From: Akkermansiaceae bacterium
GTDB lineage: Bacteria > Verrucomicrobiota > Verrucomicrobiia > Verrucomicrobiales > Akkermansiaceae
DNA: 64,000 bases
Assembly: GCA_029253285.1 (NCBI GenBank)
Contig: JAQWZU010000056.1
Span: 12,425 to 76,424 of the forward strand
Direction: 5' to 3'
Part shown: piece by piece, positions 51,611 through 60,044 of the stretch
Layout of the letters: each line of letters starts with the position of its first letter
How positions within the stretch are numbered: position 1 is the stretch's first letter
The notes under the pieces: model-generated
What the model was told of the DNA's origin: nothing
Databases searched by the model: none
The model's input: only the letters and a program-made list of their open reading frames with translations
Made by a program: the position numbers and the translations under genes

Positions 51611-51721
51611 GCTCGGTTTGACTAAGATCTTTATCATCAGCATCTAAAAATCACCTTTCTTATATTTTCACTTAAGAAATTTGATGCAGCTGCATTTTCA
51701 CGAACTTTCCTCTTAGTATCA

Positions 51722-51734
51722 CCCCAAGAAATTG
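51722..51734 (+). repeat. direct repeat CCCCAAGAAATTG, left copy flanking the lipoprotein gene
   Basis: It matches CCCCAAGATAATTG at 52461..52474 with one inserted T. Confidence 0.3.
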
Positions 51735-51782
51735 CTGTTCCTCTCCTTGGATCCTCCTTAAAAATCGTTATAAAGAAAGACG

Positions 51783-52295
51783 ATGATACGAGTTCTTAAA
51801 ATGAAACGACTTTCACTAATCACAAACCTCGCCATCGCTCTCTTTCTCTCCGCTTGTGACAAGAACGACACCGCTGATAGCGATGGAAATTCATCGGGAT
51901 CATCCCAAACCGACGGAGCCAGGCAGAAAGAGATCGCGAATAAAATTATGGATTCCATGGGGGAATTCGAAAAAGCAATCTCCGCAGTCTCCGACACAAA
52001 AACGGCCAGGTCTACCGCCACCAAGATCAATGGAATTGGCGCCCAGTTTTCAAGCATGGCCAAGGAGCTTGAAACTCTCGAGGTCGCGACCCAGGAAATA
52101 AGAGAACCCATTCATCAAAAAATGGCTGCCCGGGAAGCTGAGATGAAAGAAGTGATGAACGAGAAGTTCATGAAATCCGTTCAATCCTTGAATCCGGAGG
52201 CTCAGAAAATTATGGAAAAAGCGTTTCAGGATTTCTTCGAAGTAAGGAAGCAGACGAGAAAGGAATTTGACCGACATTTTAAAGTCGGAAACTAA
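51783..52295 (+). CDS. hypothetical lipoprotein in an AT-richer segment
   Basis: 170 aa with a lipobox (ALFLSAC) after a signal peptide. The mature part is helical and K/E-rich. I recognise no domain. An alternative ATG is at 51801. Confidence 0.55.
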   Translation: MIRVLKMKRLSLITNLAIALFLSACDKNDTADSDGNSSGSSQTDGARQKEIANKIMDSMGEFEKAISAVSDTKTARSTATKINGIGAQFSSMAKELETLEVATQEIREPIHQKMAAREAEMKEVMNEKFMKSVQSLNPEAQKIMEKAFQDFFEVRKQTRKEFDRHFKVGN

Positions 52296-52460
52296 TGCTA
52301 TCCCGGAGTAAATCTTGAGAACCTGTAACTCACTAACCACCCAGGAATCAATTCGCTCTTTAAGTCGGGGTTCGAAGATAAATTTCTCGGTGAATTTATG
52401 ATGTCCGGAGCGATAAGTCTGAGAGGAATGACGCTCGAGTAGGATGGGCTCCAAGGTAAT

Positions 52461-52474
52461 CCCCAAGATAATTG
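52461..52474 (+). repeat. direct repeat CCCCAAGATAATTG, right copy
   Basis: See the left copy at 51722..51734. Confidence 0.3.
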
Positions 52475-52621
52475 TGACATCTCACTTGTGCAGAGGCGCA
52501 GTTTTCCCCGCCGTCGGCCTCGTAAGGGCGGGTAACCAAACTAAATTGACCTTTAGCGTTAGGGCTTCGGTCACCGAATTTGCCCCCACATTTGCTAGCG
52601 CCACAAGCTGTAGTTCTTCAT

Positions 52622-53764
52622 CTACAGCTTCACTTCGAAAATCTTCTCTTTGATCTTAGGAATTTCCGTCGGATCAACTGCGGTGGTCTGACGCAGAATG
52701 CTGAAAAGCACTCCCACCATAACCAGAGTGAACACAAGGCTTGATCCACCGTAACTGACAAAGGGCAGAGGCAAACCGGTATTAGGAAGCGAGGCCGTGG
52801 TCACGCCGATATTCATCATGGCCGGGATCACGATACTACAGGTGATCCCGATCCCGAGAGTTCTTCCAAAAAGATCCGAGGTCGTCAGGGAAATCCCCAT
52901 TCCAACCAGCATAATGACCACAAAGCAAAGAATCATCGCCATCGCCACCCACACTCCAAGTTCCTCCCCCACGATGGGAAAAATAAAATCCGTGTGGTGT
53001 TCGGGGAAATTCATCTGCTTCACCACCCCATTGCCTAATCCCACTCCGGTCGGGCCACCATTGCCAAAAGCTTCGATTGCGAGAGCCTGCTGACGCCCCG
53101 CACCCTCCATATGTGCGAAGGGATCCTGGAAGACCTTGAGACGATTCATCCGGTTTGGACTTTGGGAGACCATGAATGCAAACAAGGCCGCGCCGATCGC
53201 CACCGTCGGCAAGAGATAAAACCAACGCGTGCCGGTAACAAACAGCACAATAAGACCAGCCGCCCCCAAACCAGCAGCGGTTCCCATGTCCCATTCGAAA
53301 AGGATTAACATCAAAGGCACTCCGAGCAGTAAACTTGGAATGACAAATCCTCTCCACAAACTTCCGATCTCCGCCTGATACCTCGCAAACCAAGCCGCCA
53401 GTGACACCATGATCACCAGCTTGGCGGGCTCGGAAGGCTGGAATCGGCCAATCACCGGGAGATTGATCCAGCGGCTTTCCCCGTGGGACGCTGCTCCAAT
53501 TCCCGGCACGTAGCAAAGAATGAGAGCCACAAAGGTGACCGCAAACATCCAGGGCGCAAAGCGCTTCAAGAGACGGTAATCCGTCATCGACATGGCAAAC
53601 ATCCCCACAAGCCCGGCCCCCAACCAAGTGAGCTGCTTCCAGAGGTACGAATATTGCTCGTCGGAGGAGTCCCACTTCGCACTCGCACTCGCCAACATCA
53701 CCACACCAACCGTGACGAGAGCAGCAACTGCGAGAAAAAGTAAAATGGAAGCTCCTTTGCCCAT
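52622..53764 (-). CDS. ftsW: SEDS-family peptidoglycan glycosyltransferase FtsW
   Basis: 380 aa, polytopic, with SEDS blocks (GESRWINL, QPSEPAKL, HTDFIFPIVGEELG, LPNTGLPLPFVSYGGSS). Called FtsW from its dcw-cluster context. Confidence 0.9.
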   Translation of the reverse strand: MGKGASILLFLAVAALVTVGVVMLASASAKWDSSDEQYSYLWKQLTWLGAGLVGMFAMSMTDYRLLKRFAPWMFAVTFVALILCYVPGIGAASHGESRWINLPVIGRFQPSEPAKLVIMVSLAAWFARYQAEIGSLWRGFVIPSLLLGVPLMLILFEWDMGTAAGLGAAGLIVLFVTGTRWFYLLPTVAIGAALFAFMVSQSPNRMNRLKVFQDPFAHMEGAGRQQALAIEAFGNGGPTGVGLGNGVVKQMNFPEHHTDFIFPIVGEELGVWVAMAMILCFVVIMLVGMGISLTTSDLFGRTLGIGITCSIVIPAMMNIGVTTASLPNTGLPLPFVSYGGSSLVFTLVMVGVLFSILRQTTAVDPTEIPKIKEKIFEVKL

Positions 53765-53773
53765 AAATGGATC

Positions 53774-54622
53774 TTAGCGTGCGGGAATCTTCAAAACCTT
53801 ACCGATTTTGAGGACAGAGTTTTCTTTCATACCGTTGATAGTAAGTAAATCTTTAACACTGACCTTGTTTTTTTGAGAAATGCCCCAGAGCGTATCTCCA
53901 CTCACTACGGTATAGCTTCCGCTTGAGCCTAAAGATCTCGTCGCGGTTGCAGGTTCCTCACGTCGGGTGCGAGGAGAAATTAAGACCGGATCATTAGTAC
54001 GGGAGCTTACTGCAGGCTCAATCTCCAGCAGCTCACCTGGAACGCTGTTCGGAAGAGTGCCAGTATTATCAAGCTGAATCAATGGGAGTTCATTATGAGG
54101 AATCGGATCAATTTCAGGTCTTTCGTTCTCTCCAATCATCCCGATGACAGCCTCGGAAGGTGTCGTTGACTCGATACGACGGCCGGGAATATTGATCCTC
54201 ATTCCAGCTCTGGGAAGAGCCTCATTATTCGCCCGGCGAAGGGATTCTTCACTCACCCCATGCTTCCGCGCCATCGTAGCATAGTTATCACCCTTGTTAA
54301 GCAGGTCAGTCTTTCCGCCGGGGACGATGATTGGCTTTTTCTCCTTACTATCGTTATCAGCAACTGCAGCTTTCAAATCGGAGGAACTATTCCATTTGTT
54401 GTGAAGGTAAATTCCAGCAATCGCAGCCACATGGAGAAGAAGGATCACCACGAGCGCTCGCGCCACTCCTACTCCTGGAACTTCACCCAGTTCCTCGGGC
54501 GCCGCGGTGGTGGCGGCGCGTTGTTTACGGCGCGAGTTGCGGCGGGTGGCGGCGCGGAGGATTCGAGAGCCCGACTTGGACGGGGCCTTCCTTTTCGTTT
54601 GCAGGGTTGGTCTGGTATTCAT
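53774..54622 (-). CDS. bitopic membrane protein with two periplasmic LysM domains, embedded in the dcw operon
   Basis: The start is set at the ATG at 54622 (MNTRPTLQTKRK...); the ORF-track extension overlaps murD. The protein has a basic cytoplasmic N-terminus, a TM helix (ARALVVILLLHVAAIAGIYL), LysM 1 (GDNYATMARKHGVSEESLRRANN...INIP) and LysM 2 (YTVVSGDTLWGISQKNKVSVKDLLTINGM...LKIP). Confidence 0.8.
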   Translation of the reverse strand: MNTRPTLQTKRKAPSKSGSRILRAATRRNSRRKQRAATTAAPEELGEVPGVGVARALVVILLLHVAAIAGIYLHNKWNSSSDLKAAVADNDSKEKKPIIVPGGKTDLLNKGDNYATMARKHGVSEESLRRANNEALPRAGMRINIPGRRIESTTPSEAVIGMIGENERPEIDPIPHNELPLIQLDNTGTLPNSVPGELLEIEPAVSSRTNDPVLISPRTRREEPATATRSLGSSGSYTVVSGDTLWGISQKNKVSVKDLLTINGMKENSVLKIGKVLKIPAR

Positions 54623-54647
54623 TTTTTTCTTGGGTTTGGTTGGTTGA

Positions 54648-55940
54648 TTAATTGAGAGCGAGAACGAGGGAGCGGAACGCTTCACCCCGTTCTTCATAAC
54701 CCCGAAATTGATCGAAGGACGATGTTCCGGGCGAAAGGAGAATGGTGCTGCCCCGGGGAGCCGTTTTCTGGGCCGCCGCGACTGCTTCGCGAAGGGTTGA
54801 GACAGATTGGCAGGGCAGAAGTTCGGAAAACGCTTGCGAGAGAGCCGGTCCAATTTCCCCAAAGGAAACGAGTTGAATCACCTTCTCGGAGAGCAGCGCT
54901 GCGAGTGGTTGGTAATCGAGACCCTTTTCTTTTCCTCCCACCAAAAGAACGGTAGGGCGAACTTGGGATTTCAAAGCCGACTCAAGTGCGTGAAGGTTGG
55001 TTGCTTTGGAATCGTTGAGGTATTCCACTCCATCAAGAATACCCACTAACTCACAACGATGCGCGGGAGGCCGGTAGTCCTTCAAGGAGGAAACCGCAAG
55101 CTCTGGAGTCAGTCCATCAACGACCGCACACGCGGCCATGAGATCTTCGGCATTATGGGATCCGCGTAAACGCGTATCCGAGAGAGCGACAAAAGGGCTC
55201 TTCCCTTTGTATATCAAGTCCCCTTGCAAAGACCAATCAGCTTCAACTTCGGATGAGAAAGTCACCTGCAGGCCCTTGAGCTCCCCGAGATTTTCTCCCG
55301 CGCGAATCACCAAAGGCGTCGTCTCGTCGCAATTCCGGAAGATCCGCAGCTTGGCCGCGCGATACTCTTCCAGTGTGGTATAGCGATCCATGTGATCAGC
55401 AGAGAAGTTGAGCCAGATCACGGCATCAGGCTTGAATGCGTCGATGGTCTCCAATTGAAACGAACTCAATTCGAGTGCGATCACATCAGGGAACTCACCG
55501 GACAAAACCACTTCGGCAAGCGGGACTCCGTAGTTCCCGCAAGCGACACAACTTCGGTCGGTCGCCTTGACCAATTCACGAACCAACTCGGTGGTCGTCG
55601 TTTTGCCATTGGTCCCAGTGATCGCGATGGTTCGGCCGGGATAGCATCTCCAGGCCAATTCAATCTCCCCCCAAAGCGCTCCGCTTCCTTCAGCGAAGGC
55701 TTGCACAAATCCACCGCCGGTTTCAATCCCCGGGCTGGTCACGACAATATCGACGATAACCGACTGACCCACTTCGGCTGTGGCATTGGAAACCCAATCA
55801 CACCCCGCAGGTACACTGGAAGCCTCACCCGCATCATAAACCGTCACCGAAGCACCGCAATGAAGCGCAAGAGCGGCAGCGGCCTGGCCACTGCGTCCCG
55901 CGCCCAAAATGGCGACTGTTTTTCCGGTGAGATTAAGCAT
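54648..55940 (-). CDS. murD: UDP-N-acetylmuramoylalanine--D-glutamate ligase
   Basis: 430 aa with KTVAILGAGRSGQAAA, ITGTNGKTTTTEL and Mur-ligase C-terminal blocks. Called from dcw context. Confidence 0.93.
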   Translation of the reverse strand: MLNLTGKTVAILGAGRSGQAAAALALHCGASVTVYDAGEASSVPAGCDWVSNATAEVGQSVIVDIVVTSPGIETGGGFVQAFAEGSGALWGEIELAWRCYPGRTIAITGTNGKTTTTELVRELVKATDRSCVACGNYGVPLAEVVLSGEFPDVIALELSSFQLETIDAFKPDAVIWLNFSADHMDRYTTLEEYRAAKLRIFRNCDETTPLVIRAGENLGELKGLQVTFSSEVEADWSLQGDLIYKGKSPFVALSDTRLRGSHNAEDLMAACAVVDGLTPELAVSSLKDYRPPAHRCELVGILDGVEYLNDSKATNLHALESALKSQVRPTVLLVGGKEKGLDYQPLAALLSEKVIQLVSFGEIGPALSQAFSELLPCQSVSTLREAVAAAQKTAPRGSTILLSPGTSSFDQFRGYEERGEAFRSLVLALN

Positions 55941-55944
55941 GGAT

Positions 55945-57111
55945 TTAGATCACTTTGAGCAGGGCAATGCCCCCGAGGCTGAAAAGAATTGAGAGAATCC
56001 AAAAACGAATGATCACTTGGTTTTCATTCCACCCCTTCAATTCGAAGTGGTGATGAATCGGTGCCATTTTAAAAATACGTTTCCCGCGTAACTTAAAGCT
56101 ACCGACCTGTAAGATCACAGAGAGCGCCTCCATCACGAAGACCGCACCGATAATGACCAGAAGAAATTCCTGCTTTGCACAGATCGCAGTCATTCCGAGA
56201 GCTCCACCAATCGCAAGTGAGCCGGTGTCTCCCATAAAGACTTTCGCGGGATGGCAGTTGAACCACAGAAACCCCATACCCGCCCCCACCAAGGCCAACA
56301 TCAGAACCGAAAGCTCGGCAAGGGAACGATGATGATAAATGTGAAGATACTCGGCCGCGGGAGAAGTTCCGGCAAGATAGGTAATCAAAGCATAAGCCAT
56401 CGCCACGGTAATGGTCACTCCGATCGCCAGGCCGTCCAGTCCATCAGTGAGATTCACGGCATTGGACGTTCCCATCAAGATCGCCATGAACAAGGGAATG
56501 GCGAGAATCCCAATAGGAATGACAAAGCTTAAAAGGGGGAAACTGAAGGAAGCAATCGAAGCGGTTTGCTCTCCACTCTTTGCTGAGAAGAAGATGTAAC
56601 TTGAAGTCTCTTGATTGGTATAAAGGAAGATTCCCGCCGCCAACCCAACGGTCGCCTGCCAAACTAATTTCACCCGACCGCTGACACCATCGGAATTCTT
56701 TTTAGCCACTTTGTGATAGTCATCGAGAAAACCCAGCACTCCCAGAGCGAGGGTCACCAATGAGGTCACGAGAACGAACGGATTCAACGGGTTACCACAA
56801 ATGAGCACCGCGGCCATGACCGCTCCGAGAATCAAGATCCCACCCATCGTCGGAGTTCCGGCTTTTCCACCGTGCAGCTCGGCAAGCTTGTGAACTTCGT
56901 CCGCAGTGCGAATCGGCTGTCCGACCTTCAGCGAAATCAACTTACGAATCACCCGGGGACCAAAGGCCAGAGTCAGACCAAAGGAGATCACCGCCGCCAT
57001 TCCGGCTCGTACCGTAATGTATCCCAGAAGTCGCAGGACCGAAAATGTCTCGGCCCAGCCTTCGCCAGCCAAATGGGCCTCGCTCCATATTTTAAAGATC
57101 CAGTATAGCAT
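55945..57111 (-). CDS. mraY: phospho-N-acetylmuramoyl-pentapeptide transferase
   Basis: 388 aa with MraY blocks (KAGTPTMGGILIL, NAVNLTDGLDGLA, FMGDTGSLAIGGALG, APIHHHFELKGW). Confidence 0.96.
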   Translation of the reverse strand: MLYWIFKIWSEAHLAGEGWAETFSVLRLLGYITVRAGMAAVISFGLTLAFGPRVIRKLISLKVGQPIRTADEVHKLAELHGGKAGTPTMGGILILGAVMAAVLICGNPLNPFVLVTSLVTLALGVLGFLDDYHKVAKKNSDGVSGRVKLVWQATVGLAAGIFLYTNQETSSYIFFSAKSGEQTASIASFSFPLLSFVIPIGILAIPLFMAILMGTSNAVNLTDGLDGLAIGVTITVAMAYALITYLAGTSPAAEYLHIYHHRSLAELSVLMLALVGAGMGFLWFNCHPAKVFMGDTGSLAIGGALGMTAICAKQEFLLVIIGAVFVMEALSVILQVGSFKLRGKRIFKMAPIHHHFELKGWNENQVIIRFWILSILFSLGGIALLKVI

Positions 57112-57114
57112 TTC

Positions 57115-58479
57115 TTAAGAGGGGAAAGATTGGTTCATCACTCGTTCCATGGCGGCCATGCGACTCCCTTTGAAGAGAACAAGATCACCTGAGTAGGTGT
57201 TTGCCGAAAGCCACTCCGATGCGCTCTCGGGTTTTGAAAATTGATGCGCCTCACCACCGGCTTCACGAGCGCCATCGCTCATTCCAACCGCGTCATCACC
57301 AACTGCCACAAGGCACAAGTCTCGCTCTGCGGCGAGACGACCAACACGTTGGTAGGCTGCCTTGGCATGACTTCCGAGTTCCGCCATGATCCCCAAGGCG
57401 GCAATGCGGCGCCCGCTCCCGGGCAGGGAAGCCAAAGTTTCCAAAGCCGCAATCACCGACTCGGGATTGGCATTGTAAGTATCATCGATCACAGAAATAC
57501 CGCGACAATCAAATTGGCGTAGACGACCACTGGTCAATTCAGCTTCCGAGAGACCAGCCGAGATTTCTTCCAAAGACAACCCCAGAAGCCATCCCGCTCC
57601 GGCAGCCAACAAAGCATTGCTCACCATGTGCCGACCCGGCACGGAAATCGACGTCGCGACGCGACCAACTCCTTCGATGATCAATTCAAATTGAGAACCA
57701 CTGGCACCCGGAACAACATTCTCGGCACGAACGGGTGAATCATCACCACCGACCACGATGACCTTTCCTTCGGTCTCTTCGCGGTATTGTTCGACAAAAT
57801 CACAGTCAGCAGGAACCAGTAAAACCCCTTCCGAATTCAATGCGCGGGCAAGTGTTCCCTTTTCAATCGCAATTGCTTCGCGACTTCCGAGATTCTCAAT
57901 GTGAGCCGTGCCCACATTCGTGATGATACTGATATCAGGATGCCCAATTTTACAAAGCGGCTCAAGCTCCCCGGAATGATTCATCCCCATTTCGAAGATT
58001 CCTGCCTCATCGTCTTCTTCCGTGGTAAGAATAGTGAGAGGCAATCCGATGTGGTTGTTCAAATTCCCTTGGGTGGCATTCACCTTCAACTTCTGACTCA
58101 ATACCGAACGAGTGAAGTCCTTGGTCGACGTCTTGCCATTGGAACCAGAAATCGCGACCACTGGAAGAGACAGCCCACCGCGATACCACTCCGCCAGACG
58201 CTGTAGTCCGGCTAAGGTGTCATCGACGAGAATTACAGGCACTCCCTCGGGAAGATTGTCTACATTTTGCACCAAAAGCGCACCCGCTCCCCCTTCAACC
58301 GCTTGCTGTAAAAAATTGTGAGCATCGAAGTTTTCACCCTTTAATGCAACGAAGAGCGAGCCCTTCTGAATGGATCGGGTATCCGTCGAGACTCCGCTTG
58401 TGACGATGAAGTCCCCTCTCCCTTGCTGAAGGAAGCCATTCATCGCGGATGCGAGTTGCTGGACGGAGTATTCGTTCAT
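57115..58479 (-). CDS. murF: UDP-N-acetylmuramoyl-tripeptide--D-alanyl-D-alanine ligase
   Basis: 454 aa with DTRSIQKGSLFVALKGENFDAH and ISGSNGKTSTKD. Called from dcw context. Confidence 0.93.
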   Translation of the reverse strand: MNEYSVQQLASAMNGFLQQGRGDFIVTSGVSTDTRSIQKGSLFVALKGENFDAHNFLQQAVEGGAGALLVQNVDNLPEGVPVILVDDTLAGLQRLAEWYRGGLSLPVVAISGSNGKTSTKDFTRSVLSQKLKVNATQGNLNNHIGLPLTILTTEEDDEAGIFEMGMNHSGELEPLCKIGHPDISIITNVGTAHIENLGSREAIAIEKGTLARALNSEGVLLVPADCDFVEQYREETEGKVIVVGGDDSPVRAENVVPGASGSQFELIIEGVGRVATSISVPGRHMVSNALLAAGAGWLLGLSLEEISAGLSEAELTSGRLRQFDCRGISVIDDTYNANPESVIAALETLASLPGSGRRIAALGIMAELGSHAKAAYQRVGRLAAERDLCLVAVGDDAVGMSDGAREAGGEAHQFSKPESASEWLSANTYSGDLVLFKGSRMAAMERVMNQSFPS

Positions 58480-60041
58480 TCTCTCGAAAACTCTCCTTCC
58501 TCTTCATCGGGTGGACGATTGCGGGCTTTGCGCTCCCGCTCCTCTTCACGGAGAAGAAACTCAGCTTCCATTTTCTTACGCTTTACCTCAAGCGCCTCAC
58601 GAGCTTCATCGCGATCATCAAACTTTTGGCGATAGCCGTGAATCTCCTGATAGGTTTCGTGCCCCTTTCCTGCAATCAAGATGATGTCCTGCGGGAGGGA
58701 AATTTCGATCGCGAGCTGAATCGCTTCGCGCCGGTTCTTCACCGTTTCGAATCTCACTCCCTGCATTCCCGCTTTGATCTCATCCATGATGGCATCCGGA
58801 TCTTCGCTGCGAGGATTGTCTGAGGTCACAATGCAAATATCGCTCCCCTTGGCTGCCGCCGCCCCCATGATGGGACGTTTGGTTCTGTCGCGGTCACCGC
58901 CGCAACCAAAGACCGTAATCAAGCGGCTTGGATTAAGTTCACGCAAGGTGGCACAGGCCTTCTCCAAAGCATCCGGAGTGTGAGCGTAATCGACATAGAC
59001 CGATACCCGGTCGCCACCGACAAACTCCATGCGCCCGGGTGTTTGAGCCACTTCAGCGAGCAACTTGATACCATCACGCAGATGAATTCCAACCGCCGAA
59101 ACAGCGGCCAGAGCCGCGAGGCCATTCATGATATTGAAACGTCCCACGACGGGAATACGAACAAGGTAGCTTTTTCCCTTTGCTGCGAGAGCGAATTGTT
59201 GACCACGGGTATTGAGAATCACTTCGCTGGCCCGGAAATCGGCATTCGCTCCAAAACCAAAGGTGATTACCTTCAAGCGCCCTTTAAATTCCGCCGCAAG
59301 CTTTTCACCTACCGGATCATCAACATTGATCACCGCAACTCCGTCGCCCCCATCAGCGACCATCCCTTCGAAGAGAATCTTCTTGGCATCGTAATAAGAC
59401 GCCATCGTCCCATGGTAATCCAGATGGTCCTGGGTTAAATTCATAAAGACCCCAACACCGAAAGGAATTCCCTCGCAACGCCCCTGCTCCAGTCCATGCG
59501 ACGAGGTTTCCATCACCACGGCGCGACACTTGTTTGTCTTCATTAGACCTAAAGTCTCCTGGAGCTCAATGGCGCCTGGAGTGGTGTGAGTCGCGTCGCG
59601 AAAACCGCTGCCGTCCTGAATTTTCACCGTGCTCAACATGCCGGTCTTCACCATGGCTCTCTCAAGCAAGGAGTGAATGAAGTAGGTCACGGTTGTTTTC
59701 CCGTTCGTTCCGGTCACTCCAATCATCGCCATCGACACCCCAGGATCACCGGCATGGCGGGCCGCAAGGCGTCCGAGAACCTTACGGGTATCAGGAACCT
59801 GAATCCAAAGACCCTGATAGTCAGCCGGTCCTTTTCGCTGGGCAATAATCGCCGCAGGCTTGGCTTTGATCACTTCATCGAGATAATCATGACCGTCGAC
59901 CGTGGTGCCCCGGACCGCAACAAATACCGAGCCCTCATCCACCCTGCCGCTATGGTTCGTGATGCTCTCAACAGGAACATCCTCAATGCGCAAGCCCTTG
60001 GCCTCCGGAAGAATTTCGAGAAGTGACGAAAGTGAAATCAT
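58476..60041 (-). CDS. murE: UDP-N-acetylmuramoyl-L-alanyl-D-glutamate--2,6-diaminopimelate ligase, with a charged C-terminal tail
   Basis: 521 aa with VTGTNGKTTVTY, the DAP-type DNPR motif (VTSDNPRSEDP) and GKGHE. It has a roughly 37-aa K/R/E-rich C-terminal extension. Its stop overlaps the murF start by 4 nt. Confidence 0.93.
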   Translation of the reverse strand: MISLSSLLEILPEAKGLRIEDVPVESITNHSGRVDEGSVFVAVRGTTVDGHDYLDEVIKAKPAAIIAQRKGPADYQGLWIQVPDTRKVLGRLAARHAGDPGVSMAMIGVTGTNGKTTVTYFIHSLLERAMVKTGMLSTVKIQDGSGFRDATHTTPGAIELQETLGLMKTNKCRAVVMETSSHGLEQGRCEGIPFGVGVFMNLTQDHLDYHGTMASYYDAKKILFEGMVADGGDGVAVINVDDPVGEKLAAEFKGRLKVITFGFGANADFRASEVILNTRGQQFALAAKGKSYLVRIPVVGRFNIMNGLAALAAVSAVGIHLRDGIKLLAEVAQTPGRMEFVGGDRVSVYVDYAHTPDALEKACATLRELNPSRLITVFGCGGDRDRTKRPIMGAAAAKGSDICIVTSDNPRSEDPDAIMDEIKAGMQGVRFETVKNRREAIQLAIEISLPQDIILIAGKGHETYQEIHGYRQKFDDRDEAREALEVKRKKMEAEFLLREEERERKARNRPPDEEEGEFSRE

Positions 60042-60044
60042 TAA

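Noticed and set aside
52050-52480. Minus-strand ORFs of 138 aa and 60 aa overlapping the lipoprotein gene and its downstream spacer.
   Set aside because: They overlap a plus-strand ORF that has a signal peptide and lipobox. I recognise no motifs in them.
52440-52600. Possible structured RNA (tmRNA-like GGGGGC 5' end on the minus strand, or a riboswitch) downstream of ftsW.
   Set aside because: No tRNA-like acceptor/T-arm, tag-peptide ORF or any known riboswitch core could be recognised. Only isolated hairpins are present, and these are reported under the junction finding instead.
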